This document shows, in pieces, positions 63,621 through 64,000 of a stretch of DNA of 64,000 bases (positions are counted from its first letter, which is position 1; every line of letters starts with the position of its first letter). The position numbers were made by a program, and so were the translations under genes. The notes beneath the pieces were generated by a model, which made no database searches, was not told the DNA's origin, and saw only the letters and a program-made list of their open reading frames with translations. The stretch spans positions 104,842,001 through 104,906,000 of the forward strand of contig CM069134.1 in NCBI GenBank assembly GCA_035221665.1, written 5' to 3'. The stretch comes from Okamejei kenojei (Eukaryota).

Positions 63621-64000
63621 TGGGCCTGTCCCACTTGGGTGACATTTCAGTCAGCTGCAGGAGACTATGCAGTCGCCACATGGTCGCCACATGTTCATGG
63701 GTAGTTGCCGGGTAGACGCCTTCATGGTCGTGAGGAGTTCCCGCATTCTGGGAACAAGTCACGGCCTCATTATGGTCGCCACAAATATTTCAACATGTTG
63801 AAAAATTAGCGGCGACCAGAATGAAGCCGCCATGGAGAGTAGCGAGAATTCTCGTGCCATAGGTGGGTTGCAAGGAGGTCCTAGTGGATTGCCAGGAGGT
63901 CGAAGGTTCTCTTAGGTTGTAGCCTATGAATTTCATTGGGGAAAAAAAATTAAGCAGTAGTTTTCAGAACCAAGGATAACTGACCGGTAACGTTAACGTC
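63621..64000. mobile_element. Harbinger-type MITE, left end; runs off window
   Basis: TAA + TGGGCCTGTCCCACTT, the same TIR core as 7607 and 24905. Confidence 0.75.

Overview
Eukaryotic, repeat-dominated vertebrate DNA. The repeat set (CR1 LINEs with (TTCTATGT)n or (TATATGGT)n tails, V-SINE/HE1-like SINEs, Penelope elements) suggests a cartilaginous fish; that assignment is inference. No host protein-coding gene, RNA gene or CRISPR array can be supported, and every long ORF I can assign belongs to a transposable element. Main contents: (1) a structurally complete but frameshifted DIRS1-like tyrosine-recombinase retrotransposon (29105-33980, minus) with ITRs, ICR, gag, RT, RNase H, adenine methyltransferase and YR, plus the 5' part of a second, divergent DIRS family (1-1328) with an identical 25-nt terminus; (2) three Penelope (RT + GIY-YIG) elements and over a dozen Penelope terminal fragments carrying a minimal hammerhead ribozyme core (CTGAAGA-stem II-GAAACGTC), several inserted alone with 13-17 bp TSDs; (3) a nested TE stack at about 15-25.6 kb, including an internally deleted Gypsy element with both LTRs and a TSD; (4) non-autonomous Helitrons with different internal minisatellites; (5) Harbinger-type MITEs; (6) young CR1 copies, one with an open 868-aa ORF. 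Best leads: the ribozyme-bearing mini-retroelements, and a splice donor/acceptor cassette shared by the two DIRS families. All alignments were done by eye, so boundaries of degraded repeats are approximate.
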